Of a stretch of 57,596 nt of DNA, positions 1-12,759 are shown one piece after another (position 1 is the stretch's first letter; each line of letters starts with the position of its first letter). The translations under genes and the position numbers were made by a program. Under the pieces are notes generated by a model. The model was not told the origin of the DNA. It saw only the letters and a list, made by a program, of their open reading frames with translations, and made no database searches. This DNA is from Trypethelium eluteriae (lineage: Eukaryota): positions 1 through 57,596 of the forward strand of contig JAVECL010000084.1 in assembly GCA_051942245.1 (NCBI GenBank), read 5' to 3'.

Positions 1-1900
1 TATCTAGGTGAGGGCGAAGGGAAATGAACTAATAACTACAGGGCGTAAGGATCTACATGAAGGGATCCGAGCGCGCGTGAGATGTGGTAAACACCACCTC
101 CGAGGCTATGTTGATTGGATCTACTTCATGAACAACATCAAAACCAAGCAGAGATATTTGAGTGGTATAACGCCTTGGGTGCCTCCACTGTTAATACTTA
201 GAATGCACACACCAGCAGTGGGTGGTTTTAATTAGGCAGTAATAAAACCCTATAATTAATAGAGTAAATAAGCCGAGATTATAAATTTGTGCTCTGTATT
301 AATTATAGCTCTGCTGTATATTTTGACACACATATTATAAATTGCATGGTGGCAACTGAGCACGTACTAAAGATTGCGGAGTAAGCAGTAAAGATATGTA
401 TTATTGCTTTAAAAATGCATGAAATTGCCCTTATTAGACTTAAGATAAATGGCGTGGAGTTTAGCCAATATCTTACAGCCTTTTTGGATCTGTTTAAACC
501 TTAAGCAGAAATACTTTGCTACTATTTAGCAGTAATATTAGGCCAAGTATTCTTTATTTAGGACCTGCCTATATGCTGCAAGGTAGGTCGCCCTATAAAG
601 GGTCCTAAAGACATGGGTAGGATTAAAGACTATAAAATAAGTTAGCTCTGACCTACTGAGAAATGGGAAGACTTATAATAAGCCTTGGGCGGATATGCAT
701 TTATGGATAGAGCTAATGCTAGGTATTCTGCTGTTTTACGCAGCTAAAGGCTATTTTTTAGAGCTGTTAAAAAATTAATAACATGCCTTGCAGAAGCATA
801 GCTAGGTTTATAATAAGTTTATGCTAAGGCCAGAAAGCTAAAAGGTTCGGCAGCAACTGTAGCTGTGTGCTGTAAGGCTTTAAGATAGAATTGTCGCAGA
901 TACTGGGCAGAAAATAACTAATAATGCCTCTAATAAAGCTCTTTTATGATATCTATTTAAGCAAAGACTGTCTTTTTGAGTTGCTGGTGTTGGGCAAAAG
1001 GTAATAAATTGGGACTGCCTAAGATAACCAGTACTATATCTGAGAACAAAGTGCTGATATCTATATTTTATTTATAAATTATAGCGCATAAATTCTCCAT
1101 ATCCACAATATTATGCTTTATTAATAATTTAATAATAATAAGTTGAGGTCTAACTTATATGGGAAGATTCTTAAAAATCCCTAGGGCGGCCCACCAAATT
1201 AAAAACTTCTTAATCTTATTAATTGTGGTAAAATTATTAATAAATATCATAATAATGCTGCAGAATAGCAACAGAACTTTGGCAAATGCTATATTAAAGA
1301 GGTTTTAAATATCATAAAAGGGCTATTACACTAGAAAGGATCTGCTTTTGTGATAGGGGAAAGGTATATAATGTGGGAGGATGGGGCTGGTGGGATAACT
1401 ATTTACAAATAGGATGGGTTTTTTTAAATTAATAATTGTTGTATTAGTTTTAATATCAGCCAGCCTATTGGAGCAACACTGATTAATATTATTATTAGGG
1501 AATAGCTCTTGCAGAGCCGTGTTTTTCGCCTTCCAGCCCAAGAAGAAGAGGATTATAGGAGTCTTTTTAGTTGGAGCTGTTAACTCTTGAATTAACCAAC
1601 TTATCCTCTTAGTATTAATAAATATAAAATTTTTAACCCCAGCTAGCTAAAGCCAAGCAATATAAGAATAAGATGCTATTGTGGGTAAAGGTAATTAGGT
1701 TTATAACACCTTTAATAAGAATGCTATGATTATTTAAGCGTGAGAAGCTCTGCTCTAAGAATAGGCTATACTAGGTCCAGCTAGATATACATAACCCACC
1801 TTACTTTTAAAATAAAAAAGGCTGGGTTTAATCTATGGATAAGTTTGGAGGACTTATAATATTTTATATTTTGCCCTATAGTTTACTGGTAAAGCAGAGG
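1..1900 (+). pseudogene. Unidentified RIP-degraded gene relic(s)
   Basis: Frames at ~650-930 and ~1143-1690 read as protein when TAA/TAG are treated as Gln/Arg/Trp; no family recognised; ends uncertain. Confidence 0.3.
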
Positions 1901-1929
1901 AAGGCATAACTGATAACAGTACCCAGAAT

Positions 1930-4470
1930 ATGGATGAGGCTCTTAACCCTTTTAAAGACCCTTTTATAGCATAATAAAAATATTACTTAGGCAGTGCCAG
2001 GATTTATTTTTAATATCTATGCTTTAATAATAAGTATTATAGAGGACGGATTTTTGATTGCAAGAATATTGCGCGGCTTTATAAAGTGTTTAACATAAAG
2101 GGCTGTTATTAAGATAATCCGGAGCATTATGTGCCTATTGTTATTAATCCTGGTTTACTAAACTTGGTCTAAGATAAAGCCCGTGTTAAAAAAAGTGCGC
2201 TTTTTAATATTTAAAGGCTGCTGCCAAATCTTCGCCTAAGCTTAAACATTTAGTTAACATACCTCTATGGGCAGTATTAAGTGGAGGCAGTTAAGGAGTA
2301 CCTTAATGTATTTAATAAATAGTAGACTGTTAACTTTTTTGATAAGAGTATGTATTAGCCCCCCTAACTTGGTTATAGCCTTACTAACATTAAAGATTGT
2401 AGATGCAGACCCTCATGTTTTGGTTGACCTATGTAAAGAGTACTTTAATGCTTGGGCATTCTATAATAGAGATATTTTTTGATATTTGTGATATTACCAG
2501 CAGATAAGCAATAATGCATAAGCAGGCTGATAGCTAGCACAACTATTAAAAAGCAAAATTAGGGATGTAAAGCAGCTTATTAATAAAAATAGACCACTTT
2601 GTATGGTATTTAATTAATTACTTTTATTTATTAGACTCTGGGTTTTATTCCGCATTAGCATGTTGTACCGCATACTTACCTTAAGGTGTGAAGATGTATG
2701 CTGTGTTTCCCGCAACTTTAAGTTTATTAGTTAATATTTTAAAGGAACTTATTTATTATCTTAATTATATTTATAATTAATAGAAGTTTATTATGGGACC
2801 TGTTACGCCTAAACTCCTGGATTCTTAAATAGTAGCTTTTAGTTAACTGCTTATCCCATCCATCTTAATAAAAAATTATAAGCTTATTTAAGCCGGTCTA
2901 TTTAGTATATTTAATTAAGTTAACTTAAAAGAGACATAGGTTAAGCTTTTTGGTTATTTAAAGCAAGCTTAGTAGAATATTAGTAGGCGAATATTATCCC
3001 TTTACACCTTTATTAAAAATACAAAATACATTAAGCTTTATGCATAAATAATGTGTTTTATTATACCTAAATTAAAGAGGAATAACTTAATTTTCCAATT
3101 ATTTTAAAAGAATTAGGATAGTAAGGAATGCTTTATAATTCCTATATAATATGGTAAAGATTATATAATTAATATTCTAATAATAAACAACATATTTAAG
3201 GTTGGATATTATTAATTATGGTTATTTATTATGCAATATTTCCCTTAAATAACTTGGGTTAATCCTTATAAAGATAAAGGCGGTAAAACACCAGAAAGTA
3301 ATATTTATGAAGTTTTTTGGCTAATATTTGCAGAGCTCACAACTAACCTTAGTTTTAATACCCCCAAAATATAAAAGCTAAAGAATAATAACCTAATAGA
3401 GAGTATCCTTCTTAATGCTGTAAGGTCTCTGCATTTATTAAGTTAAGATGGGTCCTTTAAAACATCCCTGAAGGATAAGATGCGCAAGCTAAAAGAGTCT
3501 GTTAAGTTATGGTCCCAAATAACTGTAGGTACTGTGCCTTTATGCTTGCTTAAGCAAGAGTTAAAAAATATAGTATTAATGCAAAGATGTGGAAGGCTAT
3601 TTTAAAAAGCATACATAAAGGATTAACCTTTACTCTTTCTTTATAATGTTTATCTTAATAACTGCTTTAAAGGGAGATATGCGGCAAGTTTTGCTTTTAA
3701 ATAAGATATATTTTATTGCTTCTTTAGTTTTTTAAAGCCTGCCCGCATGTATGTACTTAAATTTATCACATAATTTAGTTAATAATAATAAGCTAGCATA
3801 AATAACATGTTGCTTAGATTAAATACCCTTACATTATAAGGACCTTAAGGAGGCCAGCCTTAAGCAGAGCCTAATAGATAAGGTAATAGTCCCCTAACTG
3901 GGCCTAAAGTCGGTTAATAGGTTAGTCTCTGGGTTGCTGAAGCAGGAAATCCATTATAGACTTTAAAGAGACGATAAGAGTTATAGGATATAGTTTCTCT
4001 GGGTCTTATGGATGCTTAAATAGTGCCCTCTCCTAACTGTGGCAATTTGCCATATGTTTTATTATTTGGGCTATTTTTTGTTTATTTAGAGCAGACGGAT
4101 ATTAAAGATATTTATAGGGCGCTACTTAGGAGATTGCTTAATAGAGTTATTTACTTATTTAGGACATGTATGTTCTACTGCTGTACTCCAGACATAATGG
4201 ATGCATTTTAGAATATTATAGATTAACTACATAATTAATAGTACAGTTTTATAATTATTAATAAGGATGCCTCCCATCTTGCATATGTGCAAAATCTGTT
4301 AGAAAAAGATGCGAAATTATTCTTTATGGAATTAAAAGGCCAGCTAATAGGACACGGAAATTATAAGAGACAGGAGTAAGGCAGCATCTTTAATAAAATA
4401 GCCCAAAAAATAACATACTTAATATCACATTTTTATCCGCACTATAAATAGAACAGTAATAAATACTAAT
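1930..4470 (+). pseudogene. DUF3723-family protein (Starship auxiliary gene family), RIP-inactivated
   Basis: Back-corrected translation: YLGSARIHF..KNIARL.KVF.IEGC.RDDPEHHVPIVID..LHGQHRVEA..WWTVDF, intron, EEYSN..DGDIFRHLRHYQ..WLARLSESK..LHRILTLRCE, intron, SLHTFIEDTKY..YRQLWLFVMRHFP..RCGRPF. Introns near 2349-2396 and 2696-2744. 3' end approximate. Confidence 0.85.
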
Positions 4471-4539
4471 CAAAGCGCCGCTGGATTAATATCCATAAAA
4501 TCCTATCCTATTACCTATTTAATATGGAATTTTAATAGC

Positions 4540-5577
4540 CGACTCAGCCTGTAGGCATTCCCGCATCTATTTTCTGAGGAGTACTCCACTGAGTAAACAG
4601 TCCTGTATATCCTTAAAACATTGGTGCTAACAGTATGTTAGTATATCTAGCTGTATAACTATGGAGCTTACTTTTTTAATTACTGCTTCTTCCTCCGCGC
4701 TTAGGTTAATTAAAGCATATATGCTGCTTAATACATCCGCCTATTTATTAATTTAGGTGTTAACTTGCTTATAGCTAAAGACACTATTATTATAAAGATT
4801 TAGGAATTTGTTTTAAAGCTTTTAAACTTAGTAATAAAGCGCATGCACTATGCAATTAGTAAAGCATTTTATAAAGATTAAATAGGCATAGGGTTTATAT
4901 TAAACCCCTTATAATACAAAATAAAAAATTATAATATCTTTTATTAAAGTCTATGCGGTTAGTATAACTAAAGTGAGAATAGGAGTTAATTTAAATCTGT
5001 TTTCTTTTTTTGGCTGGTTAGTTACTCTGCTTAAATAATACTTATGTGAACAGTACCTGCACCTCAGCAATCCCAAAACAAGCCTTTATAATTATAATAT
5101 TGCTTATTATCTTTAATACCCACAGTAATTATTCCTCTAATTTTTTTATAATCTTCTTGGAATAGGTCTTCTAATTACTGCAGTGTTAGCAAAAGCATTA
5201 CCTTATCATACACCATAAACTTACTTAACTTGCACCTACCTAATTATTTTTAATATTAACTTTAGGGTTACTTTAGGGATTATTGGATTGGTTAAACTAT
5301 GCGCGGATAGGGTATCCGCTTCTAATTCTAGAACATCTAATACTTGCGGCTTTATGCCGCCCCCTCTGCTAGCATTATTAGCTTAATTAATAGCAAGTAA
5401 GTACGGGGTACTTATGGGGCGTTGGCTTTTATGGTCTAATAAAATGCTAGGGTCTACCGTCTGACTAATTAAGGCTGTTTTAGCATTGTTATATTTACTG
5501 TTAAATATAAACTAGTTAAACAGGGTCTGGTTAATATTTAAGAAGCTAAGATTTACCCATAATAAATTAGCAACCAT
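4540..5577 (-). pseudogene. Unidentified multi-exon gene relic
   Basis: ATG at 5577 (MVADLSWVNLSFLDIDQTLFDQFIFD after back-correction); minus-strand GTAAG donors and CTAAC branch sites; no domain recognised. Confidence 0.4.
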
Positions 5578-6276
5578 GTTGTTATAAAGGTTTTTATTAA
5601 TAGGAGATTGTTTATTTCTTTTTATGCTATAGAGGCGGCACTTCTTAAAGATAAGATTCTATGGTAATATATAAGGTAGGACCAGATTTTTATAAACTCA
5701 GCCTAAGGATGTCTATTTAGTTATAACTGGTGTTAGTAACACACATAAGTTAGAGCCGCGGCGCATTATCGCTGGCTATAACAAGCTGACGGCCTATTAC
5801 CGCGTGTGGACCGACCCTTAGGCCTTTTCTAGGGGTTAGCTTAATACGCTAATTCCTGTATGCAAGAGCATTACTATTTGCTGCTTGCGTACTGCTGCCT
5901 AGAAGCTAATTATTGCATCTCTGCCGTCTTCTTTAATTACTACCAACACTTTTATCCCTTGCAGTTTATGGTGTTTTTTGCTACATTGCGTAAAAGCTGG
6001 GGGGCTGCTGCAGTGTAGATAATTATTTATTTAAAGTCCATGCAAAGCAGTTTCTCAGGAATGCATAATCTTTCTCTCAGCTTATTACCATCCCCCATCT
6101 CATTCTTATCCCTTCCGCGTCTTTAAGAATAAAAACAGCCTCAAAGGGATGTTTAAAATAGAACCTGGCTAAGACAAAATTACTATTGGAGCTTAAATCT
6201 CAATATCCATCCAGGTTATGGTTATTTATTATTATTAAGTTTAACACTGTCTACACAACTTAAATGCAAAGTAAAG

Positions 6277-9200
6277 ATGGCATTAAGTAAAAATGGCTGC
6301 GGATACTAACCAAATAGCAGCACAAGCTTTGCTTAAAGGAACCGGAGAGTTAGCACTGTAGCAGTCACATCCAAGCAGGGTTGTTACCTAGGCAAACATA
6401 ACAGCCTTAGCTGAGCATTAGAGATATTAATATACTAATGTCTTATCAGCAGTATTTAATGGCACCCTCCTTTATGCTGTACTAATTACTATCCCAGGTT
6501 GTTGCTAAAAGATGTCAAAGTTAGATTAAACATCCATACCTTGTAGGCAAGCTAATCTTGGAAGGGCAGCTACTGTATACTAATTTAGTATTATTAACTT
6601 ATCCGGATTTATAAAGCCTTAATACTTTTGTCCAAGCCGCGTGCTTATAAGTTAAACCTTAGGAAATTTTTAAAGACCAAATTAGACTAAGTCTTAAGGG
6701 TGCTTTATAATAGTGTAGCTATTTCAGTCCTATTAGGTTTTACTTCCTTTCTTATTGCAAATTATTATAGTAATAAATACCTATTACTGTATACTTACTA
6801 AATAATAATCTAGTTCTAAGACCTAATCTAACTATTGCCTGTTGGGTTACTATTTCCTTTATTAGGAGTCTTTAAGTTACAGCTTTTGCTCTTCTTTTAG
6901 CAAAGATGTCGCACAGTAAGGTAAGGTTATTAACCCAAGGAATAATATTTTGTACTGATATGGGTGTAGGATGTCTGCAATTATTGTTATGTGTGTGCTT
7001 ATTACTCTAATTAGGACTTCCTTTAAAAATTTTTTGTTTGGGAGAAAAACTTTAATAAATACGCCTAGGGCTTAGAATCTAAAATAGCTGCAGAGTTATT
7101 AAATAATCTGTATTTTATTAAGCAGAACACAAAGCTTCACCATAATATAAACTAGCTGCTTGCCAAAAATATCGGCTTTGTGGCAGAGACTCAGCAGCTA
7201 TAAACAAATCTTTATTCCGCTCATTCCAATGCTATATTTAAGCGCCAGCGCTGAGAGGAGCTTAAGGTTTAATTAGAGCATGCTTACATAATAATTAAGA
7301 GAGTTAGTATAATGCTTAGTTATATTATAGGTGTGAAAAAGCAGGATGGTGTCCTTAATATTTTATAATTAATCCTTAAGAATAAGAGCCTTTAACAGCA
7401 ACTCTTAAAGTTAATATGTGAGGATTATTAGGGTTAAAAAAAGTATTAGATATTATGTTGCATCTCTTTAGGTAAGCAAGATTTTTTATGGACTTAAATG
7501 GGTACTAAATTAACCTAGCTCTGGAACTTTTATAAATCTTTAATTAAGTTATAGGTATGGATTCAGCCTTAGGGTTATTTAGTTAAGTAATTATTATAAT
7601 ACATTTCTCTTTATAATAATTTATATGGGTATAACATAAATATAAAAGTCTATAAATAGTAAGCACTTTATTCTGTCTTAATTAAATAAAAATAAATATT
7701 AATTAGCCAGCTTTTAATTAAGGATTTATAATAATGTTTATAAAGTGCTTAGTCCTTTCTCTTTAAGGCTGTTAAGAAGAAGATCCCTAAAGATACCTTG
7801 CATATTATTGTATGCGTGGAATTATGTTAGCAAATATTATTTAAAAGATACAGAATCCATAAATAAACCCCTAGGGGAGTCCTTAAATAAATCTCCTAAA
7901 AAAACCCAAGAAGAATACCTAAAGTAATTAAAAGATGGATAACTTTAAGAAGCCCAAAAAGCCTAAAGCTACTAATGGGGATACATAAATAGGGGAAAAG
8001 AACTCTGTAAGGGAAAAATAAAAACGTGACAGCTAAATAGTACAAAGTATTAAGAACACTACTTAAGGTCTTTATTAGAGCGGCAGCGCTCATCCCAACC
8101 CTGCTACATCCAGTAATAATAATGAAAACAGCAGGAGTAAAGAAAGCAGTAGCAAAGTCAGCGGCAGCAATATTGGAGGGAACAATAGCGGCAATAACAA
8201 TAACAACAGCAATAACAATAACAATAATAACAACAATGACAATGAGATTGCTAACCATAACAATGTTAATAATCACAATAATAACGGTATTGGCAATGAT
8301 GACAACCGTGACGATGACAACGGCGATGATGATAGCGATGACAATGACGACGACGACAATGACAACGATGATAATGACGACGATGATAGTAATGATGACA
8401 ACAGCGTTTTTATTACTATTCAGAATTTTAGAACTCTTAAAGAAAGACCAGGCCATGTGTTTAACCTTAGCAAGTGGAAAAAAATAATTGCAGTCTGTGG
8501 TATTAAAGCTAGAGGTAATAAATTTAGGGGTTACCAACTTTATTTACTCCACAATATTAAAAAAAATAGTAAAAAGCATAATTTTATAGAGTTAATACCT
8601 CTTAATAAATTTAGGAAACATTATTAATATAAAACCCTCCCGGATTTTAAGAAGCTTATACTTTATCCTAGGGATCTATAGGATAAGTAATTACAACTTA
8701 AGGATATTAAAATTAGGGCTGTGTTTTATTTGCGGAGAGATAATAATATTAAAAAAGGTAAGCTAAATACATTCTAGTAATTTACTGCAGATAAACTTAA
8801 AGAAGAGCCCCATTTTATAATAAATACTACCTTTAAATAGTGCTTTAAAGTGGGCTGTATTAAAGCAGAAGAGATTAAATAGCTTAAATTAACTGGTTGT
8901 TACATACCAGCATATTTAGCAAAGCTATGGATGTTTATTAAGGACCTAGGGGACCCGGAGTAAACACGCTCTGTAGGATACAAAGCTATAAATAACAAAG
9001 TAAACAGAAAAAAAACTTCCACAGCTAAAGTTAACATCCAGTCTAACATATTTAGTGCAAAGTTAACCTTAGCTGCTTAACCAAGCAGTGGAAAAGGAAA
9101 AGTGCTATATGCAACTCCTCCGCGCTTAGTCACTCCAGATGAAGTTGTTAAAGCAGTTTTACAGTACTTTTTGCTAAGATTTAACACAGAAGAGGAGATT

Positions 9201-9354
9201 AAGTTAGGAGATGAGTAGGAGCTTAAGGTATGGCAGTTCTGCTGGACAGGACTAATATTAGTTATGCGGCATTGGGTGTTATTTATTACATACTTTACAT
9301 ATAATATAAGTTTATAATTCTGTCCAATAAAGATCTTCCAGTTGCTTAAATAAG
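6277..9354 (+). pseudogene. Unidentified large gene relic with an Asp-rich tract
   Basis: ATG at 6277, intron signals, long frames broken mostly by RIP-type stops; acidic tract at ~8180-8405. May be more than one gene. Confidence 0.4.
8176..8405 (+). repeat. Trinucleotide-periodic (GAY/AAY)n tract encoding poly-Asp/Asn
   Basis: AAT AAC AAT AAC... grading into GAC GAT GAC...; explains the spurious Ile/Val-rich and Thr/Met-rich ORFs here. Confidence 0.85.
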
Positions 9355-9612
9355 AGGTTATTATTTGAGCATGCTTAACCGCAATGTTTAATATCTAATT
9401 TAGGCTTAAAAATCTGAATAAGTATTTAAGGAATTTTTGACAGCTAATACTGCAGCTATAGCTAAGTTTTTGTGGAAGCTGGTCGCATTTTATTTAGACT
9501 GGAGTAAGGGGGGCGCGGATTGCAGGGATGCTTTTTGCAAAATAGATTACAAAAATACTTCTTATGGATAAAAAAGAATAAAAACAAAAATAAGGAAAAG
9601 AAATTAATTATA

Positions 9613-11468
9613 GAGTCTAGACCCTAGCTTTGATCAGACCCCAGCTTTGATCGGTCGCGTACCATGCTTTTCGCATGCGACACGCGTTATTTCTAACAAT
9701 GCCGAAAAAATCTATTCAAGAACTCTCAGATCGTGAAATTCAACTTCAAAAGGCCTTACTTGCACTCAAAAATCAAGAGATTTCATCTGTTTGGGCAGCT
9801 GCTCGCCAGTTTAAAGTATCGCATTCGACTCTTATGCGCAGGCATCGCGCAGGCAATACACAAGCTACAAGCCACGAGATGCAGCAGCTTCTTACAAACG
9901 CAGAAGAATTGACTCTTGTACGATGGATTAAACAATATACAATAACTGGAACACCCATCACTCATTCAATGTTGAAAGATCTCGCTCATGAGGTGCGCGT
10001 CGCACGCGTCTCGCACGCGTCTCGCAGAATAACCGCCCACATGGAATACCCTCCCATCAACAATAAATGGATTCAACGCTTCAAAAAACGACATCTAGAG
10101 ATACGGACGATTCTAGCCCGACAGCTAGAATACTCTCGATATGAAGGCGCAACCTATGAGCGTGTAGAATGCTGGTTTAATGCAGTCGCTTCGCAGGTGG
10201 CAGAGCACAAATATCACCTTTCAGACATGTATAACATGGATGAGTCAGGTTTTGGTGTTGGAGAAGAGCAGACAATAATGGTTCTTGTTCACCTTGATAG
10301 TGTCAAAAAAGAGAAGGTTGTGCTTAATAAGCAGGATTGGGTAACTGATATTGAGTGTATCAGCGCTGCCGGCGAATCGCTTGCGCCTCTCCTGGTATTT
10401 AAAGGCGACCACATAAATACCCGATGGATTTCAGAGCAGACACCTCATAACTGGTTTTTCGCTACCAGCCAGAATGGCTGGACATCAGATGATATCGGAT
10501 TACAGTGGTTGATCAAAGTTTTTGATCCTCAAACGCGCGAGAAGGCTGCGGGTCGCCGGCGTTTACTAATCGCTGATGGGCATAGCAGCCATATTAAAGC
10601 GGACTTTATTGCGCATTGTATGGAGAATGATATTGATCTCATGATCATGCCTCCTCATTGTTCTCATCTCTTACAGCCGCTTGATGTGGGAGTGTTTTCG
10701 TCGTTTAAGCTACGGTATAGCTACGAGTCGCATGCGCTTAGCCGGCTAAGCTCACAACGAATCCCTCGCGCAGAATGGGTTGAATTACTTGCGACAGCTC
10801 GGGCGAAAGCAGTTACAAGCAAGAACATTCTTGCAGGCTGGCGAGGAGCTGGCTTAATGCCTGTGAATCGCCATCGAGTGCTTAGAGGGCTTCCTCATGA
10901 GGCTACTTTAACCGCTGCGAAACCACGTACACCACCTGATCCGACTAATTTGGACCTCTCATTACTTCACAGCTCTCCTCCAGAGATAGTCGCACTATCT
11001 CAGTCAAATGCGAAGTTTGCGCAAGCGTTGCGTAGCTATACCGAAGTTGTGTCGCCAGTACAGCGGTACGCGGATCGTATGATGGGTCTCTGCGAAACCT
11101 TATCCACCACTGTCGCTCTTCAGAATCAGCAATTAGCTAATCAAGCTAAGCTTCTTAAGAAGCGAAAAAAAATAAAGAAAGGCAAAAGAGTTCAATTAGA
11201 GGGTGTCTTAGTCTATTCTACTGAGGATGTCTTGCGAATAGCCCGCGAGACAGAGGCGAACACCAAGCATAAAAGGAAAAGATCTCAACGCCAACAGGCT
11301 GCATTAGATGAAAACTTAGATTGGATGGAAGATCCATCATTTGAGATATTATCTAGCGATTTTGATGAAGCGCCGGCTTCGCGCAGGCGTTGCGCACGCA
11401 TTGCGCAGGTGGTTGTATGATTTTCACCGATCAAATCTAGGGTCCGATCAAATCTAGGGTCCAGACTC
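9613..11468 (+). mobile_element. Fot1/pogo-family DNA transposon, complete (1856 bp)
   Basis: 43-bp imperfect TIRs at 9613-9655 and 11426-11468 (consensus GAGTCTGGACCCTAGATTTGATCGGACCCTAGATTTGATCGGT) with two 17-bp internal direct repeats; TA duplicated at 9611-9612 and 11469-11470; one intact transposase ORF. Confidence 0.97.
9675..11420 (+). CDS. Fot1/pogo DDE_1 transposase with N-terminal HTH/CENP-B-type domains
   Basis: 581-aa uninterrupted ORF with YNMDESGF, LLIADGHSSH and LLQPLDVGVF catalytic motifs; true start may be ATG 9699 (MPKKS). Confidence 0.96.
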   Translation: MRHALFLTMPKKSIQELSDREIQLQKALLALKNQEISSVWAAARQFKVSHSTLMRRHRAGNTQATSHEMQQLLTNAEELTLVRWIKQYTITGTPITHSMLKDLAHEVRVARVSHASRRITAHMEYPPINNKWIQRFKKRHLEIRTILARQLEYSRYEGATYERVECWFNAVASQVAEHKYHLSDMYNMDESGFGVGEEQTIMVLVHLDSVKKEKVVLNKQDWVTDIECISAAGESLAPLLVFKGDHINTRWISEQTPHNWFFATSQNGWTSDDIGLQWLIKVFDPQTREKAAGRRRLLIADGHSSHIKADFIAHCMENDIDLMIMPPHCSHLLQPLDVGVFSSFKLRYSYESHALSRLSSQRIPRAEWVELLATARAKAVTSKNILAGWRGAGLMPVNRHRVLRGLPHEATLTAAKPRTPPDPTNLDLSLLHSSPPEIVALSQSNAKFAQALRSYTEVVSPVQRYADRMMGLCETLSTTVALQNQQLANQAKLLKKRKKIKKGKRVQLEGVLVYSTEDVLRIARETEANTKHKRKRSQRQQAALDENLDWMEDPSFEILSSDFDEAPASRRRCARIAQVVV

Positions 11469-12759
11469 TATATAATAGCAACTTAGAGTTTAATAATATT
11501 TTTAATAAAAATCTAACTCTAGCAGCTGTGGTTATAAATTACCCCATAATAACTTTATGTGCTTTAATAAATAGGCTTAGTGTTAATTATAAGCGCATAA
11601 AAAAATAAATATTAAAATAAGAAGGGGATTAATAGCACATAAAGGATTAAAGGTAGGAATAAAGTGCTTTTAAAAAAAGGAGATGTAATAAAATAAACAA
11701 AAGGCTTAGCTATTGGATAAGACTAAATAAAATTTCCAAACCAAATTCTAGAGGTAAGTCTTATAATTTAGGTTTTAATAAAATTAGCATTAATAACACT
11801 AATAATAAATAATATGCTTTTTAACTTCCGCTTAAGGATTTTATTAGTCAGGCTAATAAGGCTAAATTATAGCAGAGTTCTGCATTATTAAGTATGTGTA
11901 TTACATAAAAGCTACCTAATTTTAGTAAAGGGTTGTAATAAAAAGTTTACAACTTAACCCAAGCCATATTAAATATTTTAACAGTTCCTTATATTAAAGA
12001 AGAGATGGTAGAATTAAGGCAATATTAAATTAAAGACTTTAAATTAGACATATAAAATAACTATAATAAAAACAGCAAATTATAGCAGTCTTTATTTGGG
12101 TGCATGGGTTAATAAAACCTACATGCTATAATATGGATAGGCATAACTGCTGGTAATTATAATTAGTCCTTATTTATTTTACTTAGACAAATTTAGCAGG
12201 CAATAAAAAGGTATTTATTAAGTTTTTATAGCATTATATCTAAATTTTATTATTGTTATAAATCCTTTAAGACCAGAGTCCTTAATTTGTAATCTCTTTA
12301 CAAATTAATAGCGTTAAAATCCAACTTAAAAAATAATTATCTTTTGTATTAATTATATAATATTATAACTAATGCGGATTAGGTTAAGTAAAACCGCAAG
12401 TTTATATTATATAAAGAAGGAGGAGGCAAATATTAGTATACTTTATTTTGCTGGTTTATTTTAGGATAATTTAGCAGTATATTAATTACTTTTAATCCAA
12501 TAAAGCACAGTTTAAAGGACCTTAATACATATTTTTATTCTGCATAATATTAATGCAAAGTTTTGTAAAATATTAATAAAACTTTTAAAAAGCTTAATAA
12601 GTTCTTCTCTTAGAATATATTAGGTATTTAATAAGTCTTACTAAGATTAATAAAGTATTAGAAAGATAAGCATATTGTTATAAAGTTTAAGTATAATTAG
12701 GTTTCTAAATATATTATATTATAATTAAAAAGAACCTATATAAATACTGCCCTATAAAT

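Larger units (their letters stand above)
9565..12660 (+). pseudogene. Unidentified gene relic interrupted by the Fot1-like transposon
   Basis: Removing 9613-11470 restores one frame: AAG GAA AAG AAA TTA ATT ATA | TAT AAT AGC AAC TTA GAG (back-corrected EEEESIIYDSDSE). Outer limits approximate. Confidence 0.4.

Noticed and set aside
7896..8537. 213-aa Ile/Val-rich and 121-aa Thr/Met-rich ORFs as membrane or amyloid proteins
   Set aside because: Antisense and shifted readings of the (GAY/AAY)n tract.
9613..11468. This transposase as mobiliser of the NLR cassette
   Set aside because: Its TIRs (GAGTCTGGACCCTAG..) do not resemble the cassette ends (ACGTCCGTCCCTGTG..).
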